DNA of 61,121 nt, the filler included, from Rhabdomonas costata (taxonomy: Eukaryota): the NCBI GenBank assembly GCA_019059605.1. It is 20 parts of 20 records of this genome, joined end to end, with 100 filler letters (N's around TTAATTAATTAA, not from the genome) between each part and the next. Parts side by side here need not be neighbours in the genome. Positions count along the whole stretch, not along the records: positions 21,447 to 24,409 come from JAHMHO010001644.1; positions 24,510 to 27,472 come from JAHMHO010001645.1; positions 27,573 to 30,534 come from JAHMHO010001646.1; positions 30,635 to 33,597 come from JAHMHO010001647.1; 16 more parts are not named here. The stretch is one strand, 5' to 3'. A program made the translations under genes and the position numbers. A model generated the notes under the pieces. The model was not told the DNA's origin, did no database searches, and saw only the letters and a list, made by a program, of their open reading frames with translations. Shown one piece after another: positions 22,568 through 33,597 of the stretch (position 1 is the stretch's first letter; each line of letters begins with the position of its first letter).

Positions 22568-23470
22568 ATGATGTCGTCCCTGTCCGAGAATACATTGTTA
22601 TGCAGCTTTCGGTTTCTGGGACAAAAACCACAACTTAGCCTGCGGCTGGTTTGCAAGCAGCTCCGAAGACTTGTTGATGAGAATCTCGCCCCGAATTGGA
22701 AGATTGTTCTCCGCCGCTCCCTCCCGTATAGTATCCGTGGTCAAAGTTTGGCTCAGAAGTTGCGGCTTGCGTGCTCTGCCGCGGTGATTTGCGTGCAAAA
22801 TACGAGGCTCTTGGAGCGTCTGCTTGGGACCGCAACCGAAATGGCTGCGCCGCCTGCATTGTTCTTGTTTCCCAACCTCACGTCTCTGGTAGTCCGAGAA
22901 ATCAATATCCGAATTGCGGGACTGCGTGCACTTGCCTCTTCCTCTTTCCTCACTAACCTTTCCTCCTTGGATGTCAGCGCTAATGAGATTGAGGCTGCGG
23001 GACTGGAAGCACTTGCCGCTTCCTCATTCTTCCCCAATCTGTCCTCCCTGTATGCAACGCACAATGTTATCGGAGATGCGGGAATCCGAGCATTTGCAGC
23101 TTCCTCTTTCTTTCCCAAACTTTCCTCCTTGAACGTAAGTTCCAATGCAATCGGAGATGCGGGATTGGAAGCACTTGCCTCTTCCTCTTTCTTCCCTAAC
23201 CTTTCCCAGTTGGATGTGAGCAGTAATAAGATCGGGGTTACGGGATTGCAAGGATTTGCATCTTCCTCTTTCTTCCGCAACCTTTCCTCCTTGTACGTGA
23301 GTAACAATGAGGTCGGAGATGCGGGAATCCAAGCACTTGCTGCTTCCTCATTCTTTCCCAACCTTTCCCAGTTGAATGCGAGGAACAACGCAATCGGAGT
23401 TGCGGGACTGGAAGCACTTTCCTCTTCCTCTTTCTTCCCCAACCTTTGCTCCTCGGAAATATGTGTTTAG
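22568..23470 (+). CDS. F-box-like N-terminus + RI-like 28-aa leucine-rich repeat protein, intronless
   Basis: N-terminal LRLVCKQLRRLV (F-box tail); about 7 repeats of FPNLSSLxVSxNxIGDAGLEALASSSF. Confidence 0.85.
   Translation: MMSSLSENTLLCSFRFLGQKPQLSLRLVCKQLRRLVDENLAPNWKIVLRRSLPYSIRGQSLAQKLRLACSAAVICVQNTRLLERLLGTATEMAAPPALFLFPNLTSLVVREINIRIAGLRALASSSFLTNLSSLDVSANEIEAAGLEALAASSFFPNLSSLYATHNVIGDAGIRAFAASSFFPKLSSLNVSSNAIGDAGLEALASSSFFPNLSQLDVSSNKIGVTGLQGFASSSFFRNLSSLYVSNNEVGDAGIQALAASSFFPNLSQLNARNNAIGVAGLEALSSSSFFPNLCSSEICV
22866..23447 (+). repeat. 84-bp tandem coding repeat (LRR units)
   Basis: Near-identical recurrences of ATCGGAGATGCGGGA..GCACTTGC..CTTCCTC..TTCTTCCCCAACCTTTCC at 84-bp spacing. 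Confidence 0.9.
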
Positions 23471-24516
23471 TTCCCCTTATATGTTAACCCACTGCTGTCA
23501 CTGGGTGGAATGAGGGAAATCGAACCTACTGTGCAGAACTTTTCGGTGTGATTTTGAAGAGCTTTTCGTTGTCATCTAGCGTTTCTCGCTCAGTGTTCTC
23601 CGCTCCAGCGCCTGAGCTCCAGGTGGATTGTCACATCTAACCCGAGGGGTTCGTGTTTCAGACATTTCCTCAGGTTCGTTGCAGAGACGTTCGTTGTAAA
23701 TTGTAAATTCTCATGTTGAAAGTTTGAGATTGATTGTCACATTTACATGAATTGATACGCTTGTGCTTGATTTCCACCCCAGCCCATACAAGGGTTTGAA
23801 AAAGCACGCAGTGACCAGGCTCTGTTTTGGTGCGAGGTTATGGAAGCAAATAATTATCGCTGAGCCGCCTCCCTAAGCCTGGAGCAAGTGACGCTGAAGC
23901 CGACCCTTCCTGACCCTGCTGCGCGGAAGGCAGCAGGGCAGCAGGGTAGGAATGCAGATTAATATCCCGAATTTGGATCGTTTTTATTTTGAGTTCTTCA
24001 AACCTCTTTTTGCATACCCTTGTAGGGGAACCGCCAAGAACGATAGCCACGGTCCCCTGCAGTTGTGAAAACCAACTGCAATCGCGCTAAAAAAACAAAA
24101 TGAATACGAAAACAACCTTTCTCAGGACTGTTGTATGCAAATGGCGGGAACCCGCAGAGGAAAGAGGATGGGTCCCAGCCGTTCCACCTGGAGAGAGATC
24201 ACATCACATATAGTTTTAAACAACTCGCCGGTACGTGCACAGCTGTGCACGCCACTAGTCGACACGTTACCACGTGACCACGTTTTGTGTTTTTGCGCTG
24301 ATATGGCAACTCGCGCAAAGTTCTGTGCTTTGGTTCCCGTGCCCCTCACTCAGTCAACCAGTCTTTTTCCCAGACGGATGCGCAGTCCGGGTCAGGAGCC
24401 ACCACCAACNNNNNNNNNNNNNNNNNNNNNNNNNNNNNNNNNNNNNNNNNNNNTTAATTAATTAANNNNNNNNNNNNNNNNNNNNNNNNNNNNNNNNNNN
24501 NNNNNNNNNGTGTGGT

Positions 24517-26489
24517 GGTAGTCCAGAGCGCCCCAGTTCACGTCGGTGAGGAACTGTGTGGGGTTCCCATCCGCCATCGTCACAGAGTGTACAAAGCAGC
24601 CCAACGAACTGCTGACCAAAGGACAATTTGCACGTGCATCCTCATGCGCGATAGGGAATTTTTGGTGAGTTACTCCACCATATCGCTGCCAAATGCTCTC
24701 ATCCGCATCCTCTGGACAGCGGCAGAATACCAACAACCTCTCTCCAAAGCTGCTCTTTGCAGTGTGGCAGCCAGGCAGACGATTCGCCATGCAGCACTGC
24801 ATCCCACCCGCGCAAATCGGAACGACGAAGTACCTGGGAAACCATCGCGGACTTCCGTGGGCCCCGCCACACCACAGCGTCGTCCGGGCCGATCAGGAAT
24901 CCAATGGAGATCACGCACAGGCGGCCCCCTCCACCTGCGGCAGCCCCAGGTAGGGCTACCTCAACAGGGGTCCACCCATCCTCACTGCGAGAGCGTGAGA
25001 AAAAGAGATGTCGGTCTGCGCAAAAACATCACTTACAATGTGCGCAACCAGTGCGTCAGAGAAACAATGGAAGGCAGAACGCTCTATTTGTATATTTGCC
25101 ATAGGCTTGAAAGGGCTACTTTAGAACCCTTGCCTTGTTGGCTGGATGCACAGCTTTTTCGGAACGGGCCGTTTGGGCTGGGCTCGAATGCTTCTATTTA
25201 GAGCTGCCCTTGAGGCCGTTACGGGCTCTTTTGCCTCTACGCGGGCGTGGAAGGAGCTTGACAGAACTGTTTCTTCTGCTTTCAGAAAAAGAGAAGCCGA
25301 CCGCCTCCACGCAATGCCAGGAATGATTGAAACGATCCAAAATCTGCAATGCTGGTAGGTATAGGGGTGTGCGGAAAGGAGACAAAGTCAGAAGCAAAAC
25401 GCCACGGATTGCCGATAAGAAGCAAAGGTGCATCACAATGTTCCGTGCCTAAGTGCCAACCTGGAGACCTTCCGTCGAGGGAAAGTTGCTGCTACTGTGG
25501 TAACAGGAACATAACCCAATCTTGTAAATTTACCGATGGATTCAAAGCTGACCGCTCGTCGCCACCATGCTCGAAACCGTGCAACGATCACTGAGATCCA
25601 CCATTCATTAAACTTCTCTCTGCCGCAGGCCTGTAATGCTGACTCTACCTCTGCCTTACTTCACGGCCCTCGACGCCCATAATCTTCGGCACGCTAGGGC
25701 CGCAGATGTCGACGTCCAGCAGACCCACCCGCCGGCCCTGAGAGGCTAGGCACCACGCCAGCTGGCAGGCCACCGTGCTCTTCCCAACACCCCCTGTGCA
25801 CCACCACCACCACAACCACCACGAACAACAACCCCGCCAAGATAGCATTCCCACCTCTCCGTCCTTCAACCTGGTTATTGCCATTAAACGTTCGTGTTGT
25901 CATCGATAAACGCCCTCTCATTTGAGAACTAGGTACTGTTTATTGAATTGATCGTCGTGCCGGAGCAGGGGCAATGTGCTACCCACCCTTCGAGTGCCGC
26001 TATTTCTTGCGCAACCCAATGTGGTGGAAGGTGCTTGGTTCACCTCTGGGGGGAGGGAAGATAAATCGTCCAAACAGATGTGTGGTCTCGAAAAGCCTTT
26101 TTCGCAACAGCACCTTTCTGGAAATCTCTCACCATAAATCAGACAGCTTGCTAAAATAAAAATCCAGGTCAGCGGGTAGGACGCCAATGGAAAAAAGTGT
26201 AATATGTAAAGGTTGACTTAGTTTGGTTAGATCAGTTCGCTTCAACCCAGTCTAGATGTATATCAAAATCTTCCCGTCTCCGATTCTTTCACCAACTTGA
26301 GCAAAAGCGGGAAAGCCGGAAGATTTCGCATGTGTATGATCTACTGCGACCGCATTAAAAAGATTCCTCGCACCCAGCGAGAACTCCAGTGAAAAAAATG
26401 GCGGGTGCCAGATGCACACCTTTGCCGCTCATTACGAGCACAATGTGCTGCACAGCGGCCAACCGGCTCTCCTCAGCGGCGCTCGCCAT
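24517..26489 (-). CDS. NUBP2: Cytosolic Fe-S assembly P-loop NTPase Cfd1/NUBP2, 5' part; exons 26489-26420, 25793-25649, 24984-24834, 24553-end
   Basis: [62 protein letters not shown]; lacks the N-terminal Cys cluster of Nbp35. Confidence 0.9.
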
Positions 26490-27720
26490 TAACTCGGGCA
26501 GGCAAAGCGCAAACCCGAGCGGGGGGGACGGTCGAACGGTCCAAGAAGAGGCAAGAAAACGGAAAGCGAGCTTCCTCGTGGGTAGACAAACGTGAGTTTT
26601 GTGATGGAAGGTGATATGGGGGAAATACCGGGGAACCAAATATGCACAATATTACCTAAAAAGTTCTAATTCTGCCATGGTGTCCAAAGCCTGCTGTTCT
26701 ACAACACAAAGGAATGCAGTCGAGAAACCAGCGTCAGAGAAATTGAAAGTTCAGTCAGTCGGACGCGCCCAGCAGATCAAGGCATCAGGAAATGTTTCCG
26801 AAACGCAACAATTTTGCCCGTGGCTATAACAAGCCATTGAACGGCCCTGTATTTTTTTGTCGGCAAGAGGCGGCGTCTGCAACCGCCTCCTCGAACTACT
26901 TTCCAAATTATAATGTACTCAGTCGGAGGCATCTGATTACAAGCAGCTTAGGTAACGTTAGGTTACTTCAGGTCAGACATTCCTGACGGTGAGATGGCTG
27001 AAGAGGGCAGAAAAAAATAGCGCGAACTGCCTGCCTACGGGAGCCCAGCTCATTCCAGCGATCTCATGCTCTCTCCCTTCAGACAAAAAACTGTTAAGGT
27101 CCACATGAAGAGAGGGGAAGTGCCGAGTGAACATTCTGTAACTACAAAACGAGCGCACGCTTTTGAGGAACCAACGCACGAAAGGGAGAGAACTGCAACA
27201 CAACACACAAAAGAGGAAGAGGGTGGAGACATCTTTCAGAACAATCATGCACGTCAGTATCACGCAGACGAAAGGAAAGAAACGAGCGACTGGCTGAGCA
27301 GAGCTGGTTTCCTGGTTTCCCGCATATGGGGTAGCCATGACACAAAGGCATAGGAAGGCACGGCTACCTCGGAGGCAGATAAAGGCCACCCTTACACCAT
27401 CCCCTTCTTGCCAACATACGATCAGACATGAGAGAGAAAGCAGGCCGGTGCTTGTATACTTCCCAACACCCCNNNNNNNNNNNNNNNNNNNNNNNNNNNN
27501 NNNNNNNNNNNNNNNNTTAATTAATTAANNNNNNNNNNNNNNNNNNNNNNNNNNNNNNNNNNNNNNNNNNNNAAAAGGGCCCCTAGACCAAGAAGCGGCC
27601 AATTCTCCAGTTTGCCAAACTACCTCATACGAGTCCCCAGCCCGCCACGGGGCAGTGCTGTCTCAAATCCGAATCTGTGAACACCTGACCATTGGGAATG
27701 TCTTACCTGCGTTGGGCCAT

Positions 27721-27773
27721 AGTAAAGCATAGCAAAGTAAAGTAAAGTAAGTATAGTATAGTATAGTAAAGTA
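27721..27773. repeat. AGTAA/AGTAT pentanucleotide microsatellite
   Basis: agtaaagcatagcaaagtaaagtaaagtaagtatagtatagtatagtaaagta. Confidence 0.8.
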
Positions 27774-28085
27774 TTTGGTCCCCCTCCACCTCCCGAACAA
27801 GGATGTGCGAGCTGGTAGGGAAGATAGGCCCACCCTCGAAGCAATTCTCCCCCTCCCCAAGAACTCAGAGTTGTTAGAATCGTTTCTAGGGGTTACGGTT
27901 ACGGGGTGTTAGATGAAGGCCGCCGTATGCTCCTCTGCTGGCTTGGGGCAAGCCATCATTGAAATCTGAATGAAGTCTTGACAGGTTCGTTACCGCCTCT
28001 GCAATTTTTCCATGTTGCGCTGAAATGTATGTGATGTATCTTTCAGCTGTGCCTTGCTTTTCAATGCTCTTCCTCGCCTTCGCAG

Positions 28086-30161
28086 TTTCCTCGGTAACCT
28101 CGACCATGAGCGGGGGCCGGTGCACGGGCTCTCCCTTCACCTACGTCCAAGATTGCCAGCATGGCGCCGTCCTGACCTTCAACTTCGCCACAGCGATCAC
28201 CAACACCTCGATCGCCTACTCCTTCTCCTATTCCGATCCCTCTCCCAACAACTACCCCACAAACATGACCTGCTCCCTGCTTGGCAGCAGTGGCTCTGGG
28301 GTTAGCCCTGGCTGGGTGAGCTGCGTGCTGTCAGTACAGGGGCAAGGCCTCGCCTCCGTCGCCTTGGCGACCGTGGTCAACGTGACCCTCTCGGGAGTCT
28401 CAGGGTGCACAGGAACGGACTGCACCGTCACGGTGATTCCGAAGCGACCAGCGAGTATCGCGCACGCACACAAACATAAGCATTAGGTGAGGGTGGGGGG
28501 TAGGCGTCGGCCGGTACTTGGGCACATTCCCATACCACTCATTGCATGGTCAGGTGGAATTTTACGTTCGTATTAAAAAAAAAAGTCCCGAAAAATCTGA
28601 CAAGATTTTTATAGCTGGTAACAATATAAAATCTAATATCTGTTTACAAAAATTTGAAACAATTCTATCATTCCATAATAGTATTTGGAATCGACATCGG
28701 GTCGAATTCATGAGAGACAACATATTTTTCTTTTTTCAGGGTTTTTTGGTTTCCATCCTCCCCGAAATCCATGCTCACCAATGTTGCAGCGTACGCTTTC
28801 TGTGTCATTCATGACACGCGGTTTTTTTTAAATCGTAATATTGACCATTTTTTGGAAGTCATACGAAAGCGCAAAAGAAGAACCTCTTAAGTCCTTTCGG
28901 GAATTTTCTACATTTCGGACCCAAAACAGTATACATTATTCCGTCAAATGTCTTACTGCCATCAGCGCAACAGCGCATCGCTCTCTTCCTTTCCATTCTG
29001 TGCTAAGGCTACGGCGTGCTCTCGGGGTGTCTGGTCGGCGTCCCTGGGCCAGACCCTCGCCAGTGCTACCACGGCACCACCCTAACCCTGGCCTTTACCT
29101 CCCTGGAGCTGTTCCTGGGCAGCCCCTCCAATGTCACGGTAAAGTTCCCGGCCTCCGGCCCAACGTGTGCCAGCCAGACCTTCACAACGTGCGCCATTGA
29201 CCCCTCGGCACAGTGCCTGACCTGCCTACTGTATACCGTCACCCAGGCGGCGTACCTGATCACCGTGGAAGTGACGCCCACCGCATTGACCACAGCCCCC
29301 GTGTCGGTGTTGCAGTACATGGCCCCCGATTACACCAAGCTGCTGGAGCTTGGGGTGGCATACACCACGGGTATGCGTGCGGTGGTGTTCTTTCGTATCG
29401 GGTTCCGCACTTTTTATGTAGTTGTAAATGTTTATGAAATGGCATTAAAAAAATCACATTGGTCCATCTGAAGTGTGTGTGTGATTGCATTCGTGATTCC
29501 ACGTTTCCACACACGCACACACATACACCACCACCAGAGGACTTCTTCAGTGAGTTTAATTCAAAATCGCATTTGAAGTGGTGCACCTGTACAAAGTAGC
29601 ATCGTTGGCGTCGTGGTGTGAGGTGGCATAGTAGGACTCTGTGCCACATATCCGTAATAGTTGGGCCAAACACAATTACATTACTGGTGTTCTACTAAAA
29701 TTGTCGGGTGCAGTACTACTGCGTAAGTCGTCCATTGTCCGATCAACTGTATATGAGATGGAACAGCGTGGTATTCCGAGTCACAAGTTGGTTTGCCATG
29801 GTCACTGTCACTTTGCCTGTGCCAGGCAATCTGAAGCAGCCTCTGATTGTACAGCGGCCATGCGGTGAGCTGTGCACCTGCTTCCGCCTTCGCGCCCCCC
29901 TCCCCTCCACGCGATTCATCTCCTGTAGTATCCGCTGTGACGGGCTGCCTCAGCAGCGCCTCGGTGTCCGCGCTGGGACAGTGCTACCACATGACCAGGA
30001 TCACAATCACCGGCCAGGGCTTCTACGCGGGGGCTAACTCGGTGTCCATCACTGGGGGTACCGGGGGAGTGCCGACCTGCGGTCTCATTGCTAACGAGTC
30101 CCCCTCCAGCCTGACATGTGTGCTGGACGCTGGGTCCTCCATCATCACGGGGTCCTGGCTG
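28086..30161 (+). CDS. Cys-containing IPT/TIG-like repeat surface protein, partial (exons about 28086-28432, 29008-29370, 29928-30161)
   Basis: Three similar beta-rich modules (VSxVxGC...QCYH..ITITGxGF...LTCVL); exons 2 and 3 join in phase. Confidence 0.55.
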
Positions 30162-30978
30162 GTGTGTGCCTGTTCGGGTCTTTGAGTCACCTTCAATCAC
30201 CTTTAAAACCTCACCGCACCCTAATTCCACCGCCACCCCGTTTTTTCCGGTTCCTCCACCTTCATTTTCCGCTCATGTCCTCTTCCGTTTTCTGCCCGTG
30301 CTACTGTGCCTGCAACTCCTGGCACGCCGTCTTTTTCACTTTCCTCCCTCCTTTTTTTTTTTGCCTTTCTACCGCTGTTGTGGGTGGTGGACATGGGCCG
30401 CTGGACGTTGACCCATGTGGGGTCGTGCCAAAACTGTGTGACGCTACGCCACGGCAAGTATATTATCCCTTTTTTTGCTCTCGCAGGTCTCTGTGACCTC
30501 TGTGGTTGAGGGGCAAAGTCGAGCCACCACAACCNNNNNNNNNNNNNNNNNNNNNNNNNNNNNNNNNNNNNNNNNNNNTTAATTAATTAANNNNNNNNNN
30601 NNNNNNNNNNNNNNNNNNNNNNNNNNNNNNNNNNGGTGGTGTGGCAGACCACCTCTGCAACGACCTCGCAGTCTGTAGACTTTCTGGCCGGGCGAGTCTT
30701 TGACGTGGTGGAACTTCAGCTCGCCGCGCGGGTGTGCCATCGCAATAGGGACGAAGAGTGTTTTGCAGACCCCATTTGTCTGACGGAAACGGCACGTTAG
30801 TGTTGCGTATCGTCCATTACCATTTCGTGCAAGCCGTTGCACTATTGTTTACCTTGGTAAAATGCCTCCCAGCTGGCACTACGATATTGTTATCCGGTGA
30901 GTGTTTTACTGCCGTTCCTGCTGCGACTGGGGCCGCGGCGGCTTGCTTTGGTTTCCCTTCCTCGTTGTGCGCACTCAG

Positions 30979-32016
30979 GTCGATGTGCTGACCCGTGAGA
31001 TGGCCGCTGTCTCCCAAATGGGTGCCGCAGCTGTCCTGATGGACTCTTCCGTGACCAGCCTGCAGAGCTATTTCTACCATGTCCTTGCCTCAATCAAGGA
31101 CCCGTTTGTTGTTGGGTACTCTTCGACCCATGGCCTGCACGTCGAAGCGATGCGGCTTCCAAGTGGGGAGTTGCAGGTCGCGCTCCGTGATCCCGAGCAG
31201 GCCAATGTGACTGAGCCCGAGCTGCTGTACTGGGCAGTCAACTCCCAGCTGCAGAAGCTGGCCCTCGCCTCCACCACCCCATACAACCCTTTGGTGCGGC
31301 CCTGGTACACCGCCGTCTCTTCGCAAAACTACACTCCGGCCTTCTCCGATATCTACAAGCACATCGTGCTAAACAACACACTGATCACTCTAGGGGTCCC
31401 CGTGCGCTCGGCCAACGGCTCTGTAATGGGGGTCTTTGCAGTGGGATATGACCTGAGCACTCTGCAGGAGGCCATTCAGTCGGCCCACCAAGCCCTTCGC
31501 ACCTCGGGGATGCTTCTTCTTCTCACACAAAACGGCAGCCTGATTGCGAGCTCCGTTCCAAGCGAGGCGCCTGAGGTTCTGACGACAATTCGCTCGCTGT
31601 CGCTGCTCCGCGAGGCTGTTCCCGGGGATGTTGTTGAGGCCACGGTTGCCCCGTATGGGTCGTGTTTTGTGCTGCAGATGATCATTTCTGGGCAGGTCCG
31701 ACCTGACTTCTATGCCCACGGGCTGAACTGGAGGCTATATGTGGTTCTTCCCCAGTCGGACTACAAGGCCGGCGTGTGGAAGAACAATCGCCTTGCCGTC
31801 ATCCTCGTGGCCGTGTGCTGCGTGACCTTCTTCGTGGTGCAGCTGTTCTTCTACCGAATCATCCTGGTGTTCCACCTGCGGACGTTGCTGGATGGGCTTG
31901 TGCGGCTCCGGGGGGCCGTGGAGTGCTCCATTGGCTTGAGTGAAAGCAGTGTGGTGGACATCGAGTCGATTCCGGCGAGCACATCGGTGTTCAGGGAGAT
32001 TCGTGTCTTGCATCAG
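30979..32016 (+). CDS. dCache-domain transmembrane receptor exon (sensor + TM + degenerate HAMP-like segment)
   Basis: YNPLVRPWY, FSDIY, ITLGVPV..GSVMGVFAVGYDL, LNWRLYVVLPQSDY, hydrophobic helix LAVILVAVCCVTFFVVQLFFY; CAG/GT borders. Confidence 0.8.
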
Positions 32017-32442
32017 GTTGCTTTCTATGCATCTGCAATGATGAAAGCAATTGGGTTTCAGACGCACCAGTTTGGGTTTTCTCCATTTGTATCAAGGATC
32101 CCATGTCGCAGATTTCCACGATCATTTGAAAAGCAGGAGAACACTTTTGCTAGATGTGGATCCTCTATCGCTTACTGGCTTTTCAGGGATTAGTTTTTGT
32201 TGTTGCAGGGTTTCTGCTTGTTACGTTTTTGTCCGAATTCCCCTCCTTTCCGCTGGATCTCTCATAAGACCATCTGTCAGGAGGTCAGGGTTGTGTGCAT
32301 CCCTCTGCGAGCTGCAGCAGAAAAGTGAAAAATGTATCGCTTTCCTGTTTAGTGCAGTTCCGGTGTGCGTTTCGCTCATTGTGCCTCGTTGTTGAGATGT
32401 GAGACACTACCGTAGGGACATGCGACCATCAAGCGTCAGGGG

Positions 32443-32482
32443 CCCCATGGCACGAGCGTAGCGCTACGCTCGTGCCATGGGG
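32443..32482. repeat. Perfect 40-bp palindrome
   Basis: CCCCATGGCACGAGCGTAGC|GCTACGCTCGTGCCATGGGG, flanked by CATCAAGC direct repeats at 32427 and 32484. Confidence 0.95.
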
Positions 32483-32489
32483 TCATCAA

Positions 32490-33597
32490 GCATTCTTCCT
32501 CTGCATCTTCCTCACTGTCGGGTCTCTCATTCCCTTCGAGCCCCTCCTACATCACCTATGATTGTCACTCCACTCGTTCCACCACCATAATGTGCTTCCA
32601 CTCGTTCCGTCCTTGGCGAAACCACAGTGGAAAGTACCCGGTGGGTTTACGCTTACATTCGGCCTTATTTGGCATCTTGGATCTTGGGCTCAGAATACGC
32701 ATCTTGGCATCGTACTCTTACACCCTCTGCCATCACTAGCGGCATCTTCGTGGCACCCTTGCATCTCAAGGCCCACTACACCGCTCGACCCCCCATGGCA
32801 GCCCTCCTCATAGCATCAACATCCAACATCATGGGCTTATGCGGCTGGTTATTGCCACTCCTTGACATCGGGTTCACGCCATGCCTCATACCACCACAGC
32901 AACCCCTCATATCGGCATCGACACAACATCACACATTGGGCTCATCGGGTTGCTACACCGTTGCCTCTGTGGGACATCATGCCAACACCACCAGGCAGCA
33001 GTCCATGCCCGAACACAACACCCCATAACGGACTGACAAAGTTGCTACACCTCTGCCATCATGGGATGGTGTGCCAAAGCTGACTATGACATGATATCAC
33101 CCCTCCAGTGCAGTGGGTTGACAGGGTTGTTACGCCCATACCACTACCCTAGAAGGGATGACACCAAGCCATAGCAGACCACCACCATGCAGGTTGGCAC
33201 ATAGGCATAGGGTAGCGTTGCACTTCCCTATCCACTACTACGCCCTAACCCTGACACTGGGAATGGCACACACACGTATACACTACTAATAGGGTAACAG
33301 AGCCCCTACGTTGGCATGCACGCATATCTACTATGGTGCCTTGGCCATACAATAGCGTCCTACCACCCTGTTGTACCCTACTATGGCCCTTGGGTGCATA
33401 CGCTACCCGGCTCAATTCGGCTTTACCACGCGCTACCACGGTGGGTGTGGAACCACTACTTAAGTGATGGCTACATGGGAGATGCTGTATCATACAGTGC
33501 TTATCCCTCCAACATAAGACGCTAGATGAGGTCATACACGTGTGGCCAACCTGTGACGTACGCATATGACTGGCCCCACCCCCCAAACACACCAACA
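32490..33597. mobile_element. Probable decayed repeat/transposon relic
   Basis: CA/TG-rich, CpG-poor composition unlike the neighbouring exons and introns; no clean ORF or splice structure. Confidence 0.3.

Noticed and set aside
22866-23447. Regular repeats resembling a CRISPR array
   Set aside because: In-frame 84-bp coding LRR units without unique spacers; no cas genes.
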